Shown piece by piece: positions 26,294-40,679 of a stretch of 64,000 nt of DNA (the stretch's first letter is position 1; the number at the start of each line of letters is the position of its first letter). The notes under the pieces are model-generated. The model made no database searches. It saw nothing but the letters and a program-made list of their open reading frames with translations, and was not told the origin of the DNA. The position numbers and the translations under genes are program-made. This DNA is from Antedon mediterranea. Its lineage: Eukaryota > Animalia > Echinodermata. Where the stretch lies: the NCBI RefSeq assembly GCF_964355755.1, contig NC_092678.1, forward strand, positions 19,733,365 through 19,797,364. Direction: 5' to 3'.

Positions 26294-27486
26294 GCTGGCG
26301 AAAAACCCAAAAATACGTACCAACAATCAATGCTGTTGATTTTTATAATATTGTTAGTTCATTCACATTTATTTAGTCATCGTTTATAATTACAATTTCA
26401 GTATATAATTGATGGCAAGGATCCTGCATAAAGAAATTTACAGTTCTGTTTTCGCAGGACCCTTTTTACATTGTGTTATACATAAGGTCATAAACGAGTT
26501 TCTTTCTATAACGAGTAAGTGGGGATAGGGAGATAAGGGTGTTAGTCGAAATTTTGTGATGCGAACTTATAGCAGCATCTAGTATCTTGTGGACCAACAG
26601 GGACGTCACGTGTTAGGCCTTCCAATAGATTCAAATGATGTTCGTTTACTGTGAAGATACGTCATATATTATTGAGAAAATTGAGTGATAAATGACTGCG
26701 CATGATCAACTAGTTCCGCATAACAATGTGCACACCCAATCCGACCCAATACAGAATCGATTTTTTACATTATTACATTTGGTATCTTCACTTCCAGAAT
26801 AAATATACTGATCTCTGCAACACACCGATTATTATTTGTTATCATAGGCCTAACCAATTTAAAAATCAGTGAAGTAGGCAATCAATTTCTTTTTTAATAC
26901 ATTGACGAATTACCTTGTACTAATAGATAAGGAACTGTACCAAGCATTCAACAGCTGTAGAACCGATACTATGGCATGTTAACAGGAGATGTATGTGGTT
27001 GACAATGGTCTTCCGTAGACTTACTGTATCCTACAGCCCTATAAACACACGCCTTGTCAGTTAGCTGGTTTTACAGAGTAGCTACTAGTTAGTAATACAA
27101 TTCAACTACCCTAGTTTAGTACTCATTGTGTAAATCCATTTAAAGAAACAGTATGCATGATTAGACCAGGCCACATTGTTTGTTATCCAGCTGTTTTGTA
27201 TTGCTAACAAATTAAGTTCGGTCAGTCTGAACAGTGGTGTATACAATATTATTAGGACAATGGTGAACCGCGATGACGTCACTAAAAATAGGTACAGATT
27301 GTAAACAAGGCAGATTTCGTTATGTTTTGTACATAGCCAGTCCATGGCTGTATATGAGCTTTAGTTACAAAGGTATGTATGCAAAAACATGTACAACATT
27401 GCAAAAAGACAATCTTCTCAATGTACTTTTACAGGATATGAATCTGAATATTTTATTAATATCTGTGTATTATAATGAAAGGTTAA

Positions 27487-28112
27487 AGCCCCATTCCCTA
27501 CGTTTTTTAGATCTAATTTAAGATCACAAACTATATTTAATGTAAAAATAATACTATATGGTCCTATGGCGATAACTTTTTTCGTCTTTAAACGGTTAAA
27601 AATGTGAAAAATAAATCGATTTTAATAATTATAGCGGCCCGCTATAAATCCCAAAATGCATTGCGCGCGGATTGATATTGTTGTTTTTCACCTGTAATTC
27701 GCCCACTTTTCGATCGATCGTGAAGCCAAAACAAATGGAAGACTCCTAACTTTTCAGCGAAAATACCGGGTTTTCCCCAATTTGTATCAACGGAGTCTGG
27801 CAAAAATAGAAAGACAATTAATGCAGCAACTATACAACGTCAGGCTAGGTATATAGCTAGCGTACGATGTTCGTACGTTACCGATGTTTACCAGCTAGGC
27901 CTACAAAACTAAGCCTAGCTAGGCTAGGCCTGAGACCGTCCACGAGAGGTCGATCGCCGCGAGCTACTTAGGTAGTGCATTGTTTCTCACTTTTTATCAT
28001 AATTTACCATAAAACGTACATTTAAGACAAGGAATGACATGGTTTAATGTTTTTAAAGTGATATATATGTATTATTGTCCAAAAAACGTCCAAAATTGCA
28101 GGGAAAGGGTCT
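27487..28112. mobile_element. Kolobok-like MITE (second copy at about 58127-59281)
   Basis: TTAA flanks; TIR agccccattccctac / gcagggaaagggtct; internal sequence shared with 58912-59281. Confidence 0.78.
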
Positions 28113-28841
28113 TTAAATATAATAGAGAGCGTATTTTTAACATTATTATATGCGATGTTTTACGTATTCCTCTAAAAATCTAATCGACCATAGTAGTTTT
28201 GAAATATGAACACTTTTTAGTTGAACTCATGTTTGATGGTGGCGCTGCACTGAGGATACACGGCCTTTTCATTCCTCCAATCAAATCAATATTGCCAGAG
28301 AAATTATTAGTTGGAAAAGTAATATTGAGAAGGCACGATGTACGATTTAGAGTTAATACTTAAGCCAGGTTTTCCATCAAATTAATTAGCATATTAATGT
28401 ATTAGTGTTTCTTGTTCCACGCGCAACAACCGTCTACATGAATGAGGTTCAAGTCAAAATAATTGTTTACCATTGTTCAAACTTATCTCATCTAAGCTTT
28501 TCATATAATAAGTGTGAGGTTGAAGAAATTCTGAGTGTGATTGGCTAGCAGTTTACACAGAAAGTAGAAAGTACGTAGGCCTAGGTTTTTTTTAATATAG
28601 TAAACAAAAATGGTTTTAGAGACTTCAGTTGCTTTCGGTTTGCAACGACTAAGACAAGTCAAACTATTTGTCGTCGGTCGTTTCTTGGACCTAGAATTCA
28701 TCAAAACATTTTTTTTGAGGTTAGGAGCAAGAAACACGTCTTAATCTTTCCGCATGCGCACATAAATTAATATGACGTAGTTTGGTTATCGTTGATCGGT
28801 GGTCGAAAACCAAAATCTTCCAAATATCATGGATTATATAA

Positions 28842-31800
28842 CTAATATCGAGGATAGGCAACTGTATGATAGGGCCTAGTAAAGTTCACTATCATAGGCT
28901 TTCCTGCGATTGCTACGTCGCCCGTCACTCCTGGGGCTCTCTCGAATGCATAGTTCTGAATTAACCACGTAAAGACAAGGAAGATCTGAGCCTTAGCTAA
29001 TGCTTGTCCAACACACACTCTACGACCGGTGGAAAACGGCAGAAAACTCGGAAGACGTTGTTTGATAGTTCCTGTCGAATCCAAGAATCTCTCTCAGAAA
29101 AACATATAATCATGAGTACAGTATACAAATAGGAGTACAGTATACAAGTAGGAATGCAGAGTTGAATTGGAAATAACATGATCTGAAATAAGTCATTCAA
29201 CAAGGTGTTTAATGTTTGAAAGTATTCCCTTTCAACGAATACGTACTTTTCATTCTTTTTAGATATCAGGCTATTGTTTGCAAAGCATGTCTATTACATT
29301 GTATAGATTTATCAATATTAAAGATAACGAGATGACCATAATACCTGGTTTAAACTTTTCGGGAGAATCCCAGTATTTTGAATCATTGTGAAGTGCCCAA
29401 TTATTTATGATTACTCCTGTGCCTGCAGGTACATTGTAATTGCCTGAAAGAAAATACGGTAGCCTACAAATTCATAAACGTAGACGTAATCTAACCATCT
29501 AGTATATCTATAAACCTTTGATCCTGATCCTAGTTAGAAGGTCATTTCTGCGGTAGTGGCATATCATATGCCTATATTAGAAAACGAATCTACGGGCCTA
29601 CTGTTAGTAGGTAGAGAGGAAGCATAATTCAAGCAGGGAGCCAACTCCCTGATTCAAGGTAGTGGTACGGTTCTTACCAATTGTGGAGTCTTTAATAGCA
29701 CAATGGGCCAATCCTAATGGGGCAGCTGTCCCGAATCTCATAATCTCTATGATCACAGCCTCCGTGTACGGTAACTTCCCACGATCACTTAGTCGCGGCG
29801 GCCTGTCCCCAATGACGTCATCAAGTTCTTTCTTAATTTTCTCCTGCGCATCTGGGTTATCAATCATACATGCTACAGCCCAAAGTAAGGATGATGTCGA
29901 TGTGTCTGTACCAGCTATTTAATAGAAATGATTAATTTTATATTAGCCACGTTGAAGTAGAAGATGTTTAGTGTTCGTATGCATATCTGGATATATCTCT
30001 GATAATGTTGGTAACATTTCTACTAATTGTGCCCTATGACTCAATCTTGTTCAGGTGGTATAGTATATAACCCATTCATTGAAAGTTATCGATCATTATT
30101 CTGTGGGATTCGAATAAAGTGGGATTCGAATAAAGTTAAATTCGATACAAATACAATATATAAAAGTAGTAAATCCATGAAAACATACCTACGAAAAGAT
30201 CTGCTACAATCTGTTTAATATGCACATCTGTTAATTTACTTCCTGAGCTATCAGACTCGACCATTTCGTCATTCTGAGCTTTTAAAAGTAGCTCAATTAG
30301 GTCTTTTGCCGGTTCATCTACAATGAGCAATGACACGACTATGTCTATTTTTTAACAACAGAATAATTACATACAAACGACGTGGTGTTATTACTGTAGG
30401 CTTCTGCAAAAATTTCGAATTCAAAAGATTGAAGAAAACTAGTCGTCTAAACTAAAGCTCTGTCTACACTTTTCAAGTGTTTGACAAAAAAAGTGTGATG
30501 TACTATATGGGCACATTTTGTCACATTTGATAGTGTAAACAGAGCTTTATTGAATGTACGCATGTGCATAATGGTTGTGTTCTACTTTATAGACTTAATA
30601 TTGTTTCAATACCTGGAGAGTATGCTTTCAAATGCTGATTCACTTCTGTCAAAAGTATAGAAAAGAATTCCAGTGATGCTTTTCTAAATGTATTCACCGA
30701 AGAACTTGGTAGAAATCTAGCTGCTGGAATAAAGTCCGCTAGAGTACCGTTACCAAGTGCATCAGTTCTTTCATCTGATATCTTTATTAAGTGAAGAAGT
30801 TCAGGATCATTAAATTCATAACTAAAAAAAAGAGAGGAAAATACAACGTAGAACGTTAAATATTTACAGATGTACTGTCCCCTGAATAAAATAGTTCTTA
30901 ACAACATTTTTGTTGAATATACCATTTTAAGGTAACATAATAGTTATCCACTTTGACCAAATATTGGATTGAAAAAAAATCTATTTACCTGAAAAAAAAC
31001 TGTAATTTAAAGCAAAAATGGTCATATTGGCTTCCAGCCAATGGGAGTTTGATTGAATTCAACCATATATTTATCATGTTATAAGTGAAAACATATGTGT
31101 TTTCCTTTTTTACGGTAAGTGATTAATTTTATTAAAACTGCAAAATAACATATTCAAAGTCTGATGTAAGTAATCTTAATTTTTCATGTTTTTGGAGACA
31201 ATACATTTTTAATAAAGTATTCTTATTATTTATATTGTTGATAATGTAATATTATTACTCTTATTACTCTTACATCATTTCTTGTAGTCTGAATGTTATA
31301 TTATTCTTATACCTCAGAGAATGGTTACAATCGTGATATCGGACCAGCCAAACATCACGCTACCAGCGAGAATTGTATGTATGTATATTTTATCTTTGGC
31401 CTACTTTTTTCCAAAGCACATTGAAGCTAAAATGTTGTAGACTGCCAATGTGATCACTTCCTTCGGATCGAATGGTGTACCAGCTCTTTCTGAAATAACA
31501 TGTGTAACATTTGGCATTACCTCTCCTATCAAACTCTCCAAACTTTCCATAGTATATTTTCTATAAGATAACAGAAACATATAGATATGGAGTAACAAAG
31601 AAACGTGCACAATGCGAAAAGTTCCCAAATTTGACATCAGTGTGCACATAATCTAAAACGAATAACTATACAGTAGCTTAGTTGTACCAATAAGTAGGTG
31701 ATAGGTCTTACAAAAAAGTCTACTAACCCATAGTCAATAGAAAGACTAACCTAATAGCTGAGAGTGCCAACTTGCGATGGGATTTCCAGATTGGTGTAGG

Positions 31801-33081
31801 CTGAGCAAATGCTATGTTCTGTCCGAAATCAGAAAACCAGTGAACTGTAATGAAAGTATACACACGTGTTTAAAATATTGGTATAATTACTCGAATGCTA
31901 GAGATCGGTCAATTGTCGAAAATGAAATCGTATGCGTCGTGCTTTGTGCGAATTTGTTAAAATTAATTGTAAAATGATCTTTTTTGACAAATCATCACCT
32001 ATAATTCGCAAAAGTGACGAATTAAATGCTAGTTCTATTTTAGTTCTTTTGGCTAGTTTGGTTGGTCTGTTCCTACAACTCGCATCAACAACGCTCTTTT
32101 GTTTTTATTCATTTTGTATTTCCAAGACTAAATATCCTAATGATACTATGTCTACTGATCAGTTTAAAGTTTTAAAACAGAATACTGTAATTAAAGGCTG
32201 TGTTTCCATAACAAAATCATCTGTTATATTTTTAACCAATCAGACAATTATTTAAAAAATATGTGCATGTGAAGACATTAACGACAAGGTCATATACATG
32301 GCTGCAGCCGCGTGCGCAAATTTGAGTTAGTGTTTACCGACCGACTGACATCATAGTGAGCTAGAGTCGCGTTGCACGCAACTAAAAAATCAAATGCTCA
32401 ATCATAACATACCGTAACGATTTGTCCTTCAGGCCAAAGATTAAAAAATATCGCATTCATCCGATAATTATTTTATTTGAATGAAATAGTTAATTTTTAT
32501 CTCCAGCGGAATAGGTTAAACCTCTCCTTTCCTCAGGAACTTTGGTTAATTTGTATTGGTTAATTATCGGTTAATTTCTGGCTGTGAAAATAGAGCCTAA
32601 AAGAAACTATTTTTAAATAAACTATAAAAATTATGGTAAAATACACTTGGATGTACAGTATCGACTTACAGTTATAGGAATAAGGACGTCCACTAAAATC
32701 ATTAAATCTGGTCAGTAAAGCCTCTTGCGCAAGTTCGAAATTGTTGATGACAACTGTCCAAAAACTTCCAAACTTTACTGAAAAAATTGGTCCATACTTG
32801 AAGGTCGTGTCCTTAAATATGTTCCATGGTGGTACCTCCCCAATTAATGCTATACGAAAACGATTGCAAAATTAGACATTAAAGAACATAATTATATTGT
32901 CTACAAATTCAATTGATCTATTTTAGCCTATAACTTGCTTACTTGGAACATTCCCTATGATAGGGTAAGGCGTTGGACCAGGCGGCATTCCAGCTGGACG
33001 GCGAATGTTAAAATACATCCACGTAAGCAACAGGACGACCAGCACCACAGCTAGAGATACCGTACTTGTACACTCGAACAT
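28842..33081 (-). CDS. Cytochrome P450, CYP17A-like; copy 3 (497 aa)
   Basis: Exons 32943-33081, 32670-32849, 31751-31844, 31405-31560, 30613-30821, 30189-30317, 29678-29914, 29345-29443, 28842-29092 (1494 nt). Motifs [19 protein letters not shown]. The last acceptor is an atypical GAG. Confidence 0.9.
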
Positions 33082-34108
33082 CTACAAAAACCCAAACAAA
33101 TAACAAAAGCATTCACTGTACAAACACTGCATGACAAAATGGACAAATGGTATAACACTTGAGTGTCACTAAAACAGAATAGTTTACCTCATCAATACTA
33201 TGTCTTTTATCATTAAGATTACTCTGTAAAGTATTGATCTATAAGTTTTGTTTGCCAAATAAAATTTGAGAAGTTATCTTACCTTAAAATGTCAAAGTAC
33301 TCGCTGTATAAGTCAATGATTCAAAACATTAGAACAGCACCTAATATCGATCCTATGGCAGTTTAGTGTATGTGGTATATCTGGCAATATTTTTGTTGAT
33401 GGCATTTATACAAACATATTTCATTGTCACGTGCAGATATAATATCAGTTAATGTTTGGCTTTCCTGGATCATGCGCATGCGCATAATTATAATTTAACC
33501 ATAGATGTAATCTCTATATCTTAGTTGTCCAAATAAATGATAGGCCTTACAAATGAGTCTACTAACCTGAATCATGCGCACGCGCATATAATTGAAAACA
33601 CAGATGTGCAGTCATATATTGACGTAACACAGTATTGTATATGCGTTTGCATAAGGCTACACTCCGTTGCAAGTATTTCAAAATACATTTTTTCCTGCTG
33701 ACAAGAGAAGTAAAACAAATTAAAGAGATTAAATGGCTTTTATCAGAAGGCATCATGTCACAAAACTCAAACTTGTCTTGCCTTTTATTACTGTATTAAC
33801 ATTATATGTCAATGTTGCTGGTACTGTGATTATGCTTACTCTTTCTTGGTATGTCAACTTGAACGGAACTAAACACTTAAATCTATTTATTCTGTTATAT
33901 AGCATTATTTATACGTGCCTAATTTAAATAAAGGTGGTGACGTGTTAAGACACGCCTCAATGTTCTTTACAGAGCTTGGGGTAAATGATAGTATAGTCTG
34001 TTTAGCTAATTAATGAGCTGGCAGTTTGATTTCTTAGTATGGTTTAGTTTAATTCGTGCTTTGGGCGACACTGTCCTTTAAAAAAAAGTGTATTGTTGTT
34101 TATTTATA

Positions 34109-34216
34109 TTAATGGATGAGAAAGATCTCAGCTTTAGCCAATGCTTGTCCAACACACACTCTACGACCAGCTGAAAAGGGCAGAAAACTCGGAAGACGTT
34201 GTTTTACTGAGACATT
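34109..34216 (-). pseudogene. Orphan, internally deleted fragment of a P450 terminal (heme-binding) exon
   Basis: Reads [35 protein letters not shown], about 220 bp downstream of the copy 4 stop. Confidence 0.85.
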
Positions 34217-34434
34217 ACAATCATTTCATCATAAAACATCACAAACACCTAAATCCTAACTAAACAAACTATAAAATCGTAAATCTATACCTTAATTTTA
34301 CACTGGTCTAATGTTAGAACATCTATAGGTTTATTTGTGGTTGGAAAAGATAAATATAGTGAGAACTCTCTCTTCTTCTTCCTCTTCAAAAACCCTCTCG
34401 GGGACATCAAGCGAATATCTAAGCCTACTGATTA

Positions 34435-37400
34435 CTAATAGCGGGATGTTGCAACTGCTTTGTAGGGCTTAGTAAAGTTAAGACCCTGTGGTTTCCCACT
34501 AACTGCGAAAATATCCGTCACTCCAGGTGGCTTCTCGAATTTATAATTCTGAATTAACCACGACAGTACGAGGAAGATCTGAGCCTTAGCTAATGCTTCT
34601 CCAACACACACTCTACGACCGGTGGAAAACGGAAGAAAACTTGGGAGACGCTGTTTTACAGTGCATGTCGAATCCAAGAACCGCTCTGAGAAAAAAAAAT
34701 AAGGCCTAGATAGCGTATTGATATAAAAGGAATGAACGTTTAGTAGAAGAATATACAAATATTTTCTGACAGCTGCTTAAATATCAAACATTGCCATGCA
34801 TATACATTAATTCTGTTCACCATTCAGAATTGGATAACCAATTCACGAGTTTACTGTGTTGAATTGAAATATTGATTATTTGTATAACTGTACAGTTGAA
34901 CTGAACGATATTAACAATGCCACGTGGTATGACATTGAATGACAATGATGAGACATGATTGATAGTCTAATTGTCAATTTTCACCCTCTCATAAATAATT
35001 AGCATTTTTACCTGGTTTGAACTTTTCCGGCGAATCCCAGTATTTTGAATCATTGTGAAGTGCCCAAATATTTATGAAGACCCTAGTGTTTTCTGGCACC
35101 ATGTAATTACCTTAAGAAAATATGGCACATATTGAAAGCGTTCAATTATTTTTAAACTTAACCATCAAACTATCTATACTCTTAATTGATGATTTCAATA
35201 TCAAAATTCAAGGACGTGATTGCTTACCAATTGTGGAGTCTTTAATAGCACAGTGAGGCAAGCCTAATGGGACAACTGTCCCGAATCTCATAGTCTCCAT
35301 GATCACAGCCTCCGTATACGGCAACTTCCCACGATCACTTAGTTGTGGTGGCCTGTCTCCAATGACATCATCAAGTTCTTTCTTAATTTTCTCCTGAACA
35401 TTCGGGTAGTCGATCATGCATGCAAAAGCCCAAAGTAACGATGTTGTTGATGTGTCTGTACCAGCTACAAGATTTGTAATCAAAATACAATAATTAACTT
35501 TAGTATACACACAACATTTATTTCACCATCAATGTAGACAAAGTCGAAAAGAAATACTATAATTTCCACACAAACTTATGTGATGGCACTAGTAACAATC
35601 CGTTATGCGTGATTAAATACGAATGCAAAAACAGGCATAAATAGGAAGAAAGGATTCATTACGAGTACGGGTTATAAACAAGTGTAAAATTGCATGTTGC
35701 ATATATTTTGTGGTGATGGCCGTTGTCATTACCTACGTAGGCTACCAACCAATGAATCTACATCCATAAATGAAACAAAAAAAAAACAATTTTAAAACAT
35801 ACCAATAAATATATCAGATACAATCTGTTTGATATGCACGTCGGTTAATTTACTGGCAGAACTATCTGTCTCCAGTTCATCTTTCTGAGTTTTTAATAGA
35901 AGCTCAATCAAGTCATTTGTAGGTTCATCTAGAAATGAATAACGAATTATCAATTTAACCTATTATCATTGGTCTGAGTTAGTAATGGTATCTGAAGATA
36001 CGCATGTGTGTGTTGCCTACTTTTAGTTTTATAATCGACGATCGTGTTCATCAAGATAAAGATAATTATATTTGATACCTGGAGAGTATGTTTTCAAATG
36101 TTGATTCACTTCTGCCAAGATCATAGATAGGAATTCTTTTGTCGCTTTTTGGAATCTGTTCACTTGTTTACTTGGTAAAAATCGAGCAGCTGGAATAAAG
36201 TCAGCTAGGGTGCCGTTGCCAATTGAACAATTTATTTCTTCGGATAACTTAATAAACCGAAGAAGCTGAGGGTCCTTAAAGTTGTAACTAACAGAAAATG
36301 TAAATATATAGGAAGAATTAAGAAATCATATGTTATTTCCTATATTAAATTTGATTAATTAATAGTCATAATATAGCCTATTTGCATAATGTTTTAACTT
36401 TGTCTTAACTTACTCATGTCCGAAGCACATAGAAGCAATGATGTTGTAGACTGCCAATGTGATCACTTCCTTTGGATCAAATGGTGTCCCAGCTTTGTCA
36501 GCAAAGACATCTCTAACTTTCGGTATTACCTCTTCTACCAAAGTCTCCAAATCTCCTGTTGCATATTTTCTGTAAGTAGGATTGTGTAAACAAAAGAGCA
36601 GGTATAATCGTGAGACGCCCGGATTAGGAGAGGTAGATTGTTATGCAAGCTAGAATGTTGATTGTTGAGAAAATGGACTATAACGAACGACAACCACCAA
36701 TAATATGGTATTTGATCCCGCTCACAAATGTTGCACAAATCCGTATGGTATTATACGCCATTTTGATAATGTTTGTTTCTGATTATTGTTTTACATACAC
36801 ATGACTAACCTAATAGCTGAATGCGCTAACTTTCGGTGGAATTTCCAGGTTGGTGTAGGCTGAGCAAAAGCAATGTCCTTTCCATTATCAGTGAACCATT
36901 CGACTATAATAAAAACATTTTAATAGTAACGAATTACCAGACTGTATAAAGATTACTCCAATATTATAGGAATATTTGCAGGTAACCCAACATGTGTTTC
37001 ACATGTATCTTCAAGTAACTAATGTCATAACCTGTACACATTTACATAAAGTAAAGGTGGTAGTCAGACTTGCATCAACATGCATTTCAGTCATTAGCAA
37101 CTCTAACTATTGTTTTACAACTTTAACAATGCTCTATTTGTTTGTAAGAAGACCTGCTTAAATTATTTTTTTGTTCTGTCATATCTGAAGCCGAAATTAT
37201 TAAATCATGAAATTAGAAATTTTGACCTAAAGACCACTTACAATTATACGAATAAGGACGTCCACTAAAATCATTAAATTTGGTCAGTAAAGCCTCTTGC
37301 GTAAATTCGTGGTTGTTGATGACAACTGTCCAAAAACTTCCAAACTTTACTGAAAAAATTGGTCCATATTTGAAGGCCATATCCCTAAATATGTTCCATG

Positions 37401-37655
37401 GTGGTACCTCTCCTATTAATGCTATAAGAAAACGATTGCAAAATTAGACATTATTTAAGAATATAATTATATGGTCTACAAATTCAATCGAACTATTTTA
37501 GCCTGTACTTGCTTACTTGGAACATTTCCTATGATAGGGTAAGGCGTTGGACCAGGCGGCATTCCAGATGGACGGCGAATGTTAAAATACATCCACGTAA
37601 GCAACAGGACGACCAGCACCACAGCTAGAGACACCGTACTTGTACACTCGAACAT
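34435..37655 (-). CDS. Cytochrome P450, CYP17A-like; copy 4 (496 aa)
   Basis: Exons 37517-37655, 37242-37421, 36810-36903, 36414-36569, 36079-36287, 35803-35928, 35228-35464, 35012-35110, 34435-34685 (1491 nt). Motifs [19 protein letters not shown]. Confidence 0.93.
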
Positions 37656-38310
37656 CTACAAAAACCCAAACAAATAACAAAAACATCCACTGTACAAACA
37701 CTACATGATAAAATGGACAAATGGTATAAAACTTGAGTGTTACTAAAACAGACAACTTCACCTCATCAATACTATGGCTTTTATCATTAAGATTACTCAG
37801 TAAAGTATTGTGATCTATAAGATTTGTAAAAAGTTATCTTACCTTATAATGTCAAAGTGCTCGCTGTGTAGTCAATGATTCAAAACATTAGAACAGCACC
37901 TAATATCGATCCTTTGGCAGTTTAGTGTATATGGTAAATCTGGCAATATTCTTGTTGATTGATGGCCTTTGTACAAACATAGTTCATTGTCATGTGCAGA
38001 TATAATATTCGTTATCAGTTAATGTTTGGCTTCCCTGGATCATGAGCATGCGCACATAATTTAAACATAGATGTGCAGTCATATAGTGTAAGCTCTATAT
38101 CTTAGTTGTCCAAATAAATAAGTGTGATAGGCCTTACAAAGCAGGTCTACTAACCTGAATCATGCGCACGCAACGCAACATAGATGAGCAGTCATATTGA
38201 CGTAATACAGACATACTGTAAGGCTACATTGTTGCAAGTGAGGTATTTTAAAATACATTTTTTCCTGCTGACAAGGGAAGTAAATCAAATTAAAGAAATT
38301 AAATGGCTTT

Positions 38311-38610
38311 TGTCAGAAGGCATCTTGTCAGAAGGCATCATGTCAGAAGGCATCATGTCAGAAGGCATCATGTCAGAAGGCATCATGTCAGAAGGCATCA
38401 TGTCAGAAGGCATCATGTCAGAAGGCATCATGTCAGAAGGCATCATGTCAGAAGGCATCTTCTCAGAAGGCATCATGTCAGAAGGCATCTTGTCAGAAGG
38501 CATCATGTCAGAAGGCATCTTGTCAGAAGGCATCTTGTCAGAAGGCATCATGTCAGAAGGCATCATGTCAGAAGGCATCATGTCAGAAGGCATCTTGTCA
38601 GAAGGCATCA
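38311..38610. repeat. 15-bp minisatellite (tgtcagaaggcatca) x20
   Basis: Direct tandem units with only a/t variation at the last base and one tc variant. Confidence 0.97.
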
Positions 38611-38943
38611 TGTCACAAAACTCAAACTTGTTTTGCCTTTTATTACTGTGGTGACATTTATATGTTAATGTTGCTGGTACTGTAATTATGCTTACTCTTC
38701 CCTTGTCTGTCAACATCAACGGTAAACACTTAAACCCATTTATTCTGTTACAGAGCATTATACTGCTACGTGCCTAATTTAAATAAATGTGGTGACGTGT
38801 ATGACATGATTCAATGGTCTTCGTGACAGAGCATATAGCTCGACGGTGCTGTAGCTTGGGCCGGGGAAAAGGTAGTATACTCCGTTGAGCTAATGAATGA
38901 TTTGGCCAAAGAGCTTTACAGTTTGATTTATTAGTCACGGACC

Positions 38944-40607
38944 CAGGGGTGTTGCCCTAGTTGCCCGGGCAACACCCAATTAATTTCATACTAAATGTTG
39001 ATTCTGCCACTAAATTAAAATTGAGTCCCATTTTATTGTATATAATATCCATCCGGACCCGGAACTTGATAGGCTTCGTCAAAAGTAGTTGCAGGGCATG
39101 TTATGGTAAAAGAAGTAATTTGCCAGCGCCAACCCTTCACAAAATTTTCTTTGTAACAAAACTTATTTTAAATGGAACGCTACAAAAATACTAATCCTCC
39201 GCTTTACCACTGCATAAATACCTAATAACCAGACCAGAACGTATCTTTTTTACGTTTTACTATCAATCCATTTTCATATATCACGCAATCTATTTTTCAT
39301 GAATATAGTATTTTGATTAAATAGTGAGGGATTAGTTACAGTGTTGACTTTGAATATACCATTGTAAACCAAAATGAACTTGAATTGATCAAACAAAATT
39401 ATTCAATCAGAGAAACGCTCTACTGCACATGAGAAATGTTGGTCGATAAACTTCTGACGACGACTAAAACAACGACAATCAGCTAAATGTATTCGTGATT
39501 TGATGTCATCTCTGCTTGCTACATTATTATGACACTACCGGACTTTCCCCTCCTCTCGCAATGAACGGCAGTAGGCCTACAGATCTTCCCTTTGTAGGCT
39601 CGTGTATGTAGCCTACTACGTCATTCACAAATTACCCACGCATAGCAGTTTTACTAGCATCATCACAGATTACCTCTCATGGATCAAGAATTCATAAATA
39701 AATTCAAAAATTTATCGACAAACGAAATATAACCTATATTCATTCCTACATTTATTCCTTTTAAACATTAGGCATATAGCCAAGGCTATTAATCGATTTG
39801 TTCATAATTATTGCGTTTGCCGGGGGTTTTCCATAATCTAAGACCAATTTTTAGGCCAAATCATAATTGTGCGAATGTTTTTGTATTTCCGATTCGTGTA
39901 GTACCCCCTATTTATCTTCACTTCCATACGTCCGTAAATATTAGGCCGAATTTCCGTAGTAATTTACGGACGTTCCGAAATTTGAACCGTGTTATACCGG
40001 TAGCAGAGCAAATTTTGCTTCTTTCTGCAAATGTCCTATCATTAATTTCTTTGTTTTATTTTGGAGTGTGGTTTAAAACAACACTTTTGTAAAGTTATAG
40101 TGGATAAATAAAAATTAATTTTTGGAAATTGTGGTTTAAAAATCTGACTTTATTTAGCATTTAATTCAAAAAAATACAATTTAACGTTTTGCTCAATATT
40201 TATAGCAACAGCTTCATATTTTTTGTACAACTTTTTAAAATTATTAATTGATAATTAATTTACATTGATTGAGTACAGTTATTAGAATGTATTACCGTAC
40301 CAAAAGTACCTTCATCGGGGAATTCCCCGTAACGTTCGCATTGAACTAAAAAAAAATGTTATCCTATATTGTTAGTCGCGTATGTTTTATTACCGGCGGA
40401 ATAATATAGGCTACAATCATTTGTTTGCTAGCGCACTATAGAGTGAGTGACATTTCCGGCGAACTAGGGGGTGCAATTTATCATGAATTTTACGTGCGAT
40501 AGTACCATTTGCGGCCATCTAGGGGTATCATTTAACAATTTGCTTGCTCAAATACTCAGTCAGTCTTTGGGCAAACCTCTTAAAATAGTTCTGCGCGACC
40601 GCCCCTG
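38944..40607. mobile_element. Insertion of about 1.66 kb with CAGGGG...CCCCTG ends (hAT-like, non-autonomous)
   Basis: Absent from the paralogous site near 34035; imperfect TIR caggggtgttgc / gcgaccgcccctg; no clear TSD. Confidence 0.6.
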
Positions 40608-40679
40608 AGTGTGGTTTATTTTAATTCTTGCTTTGGGCGACAATGTGCTTTAAAAAATGGTTATTGTAGTTTATTTATA

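Noticed and set aside
38184-38758. SEGIM / MMPSD / RRHHV repeat ORFs
   Set aside because: Translation of a 15-bp minisatellite; the paralogous locus has a single unit and no comparable ORF.
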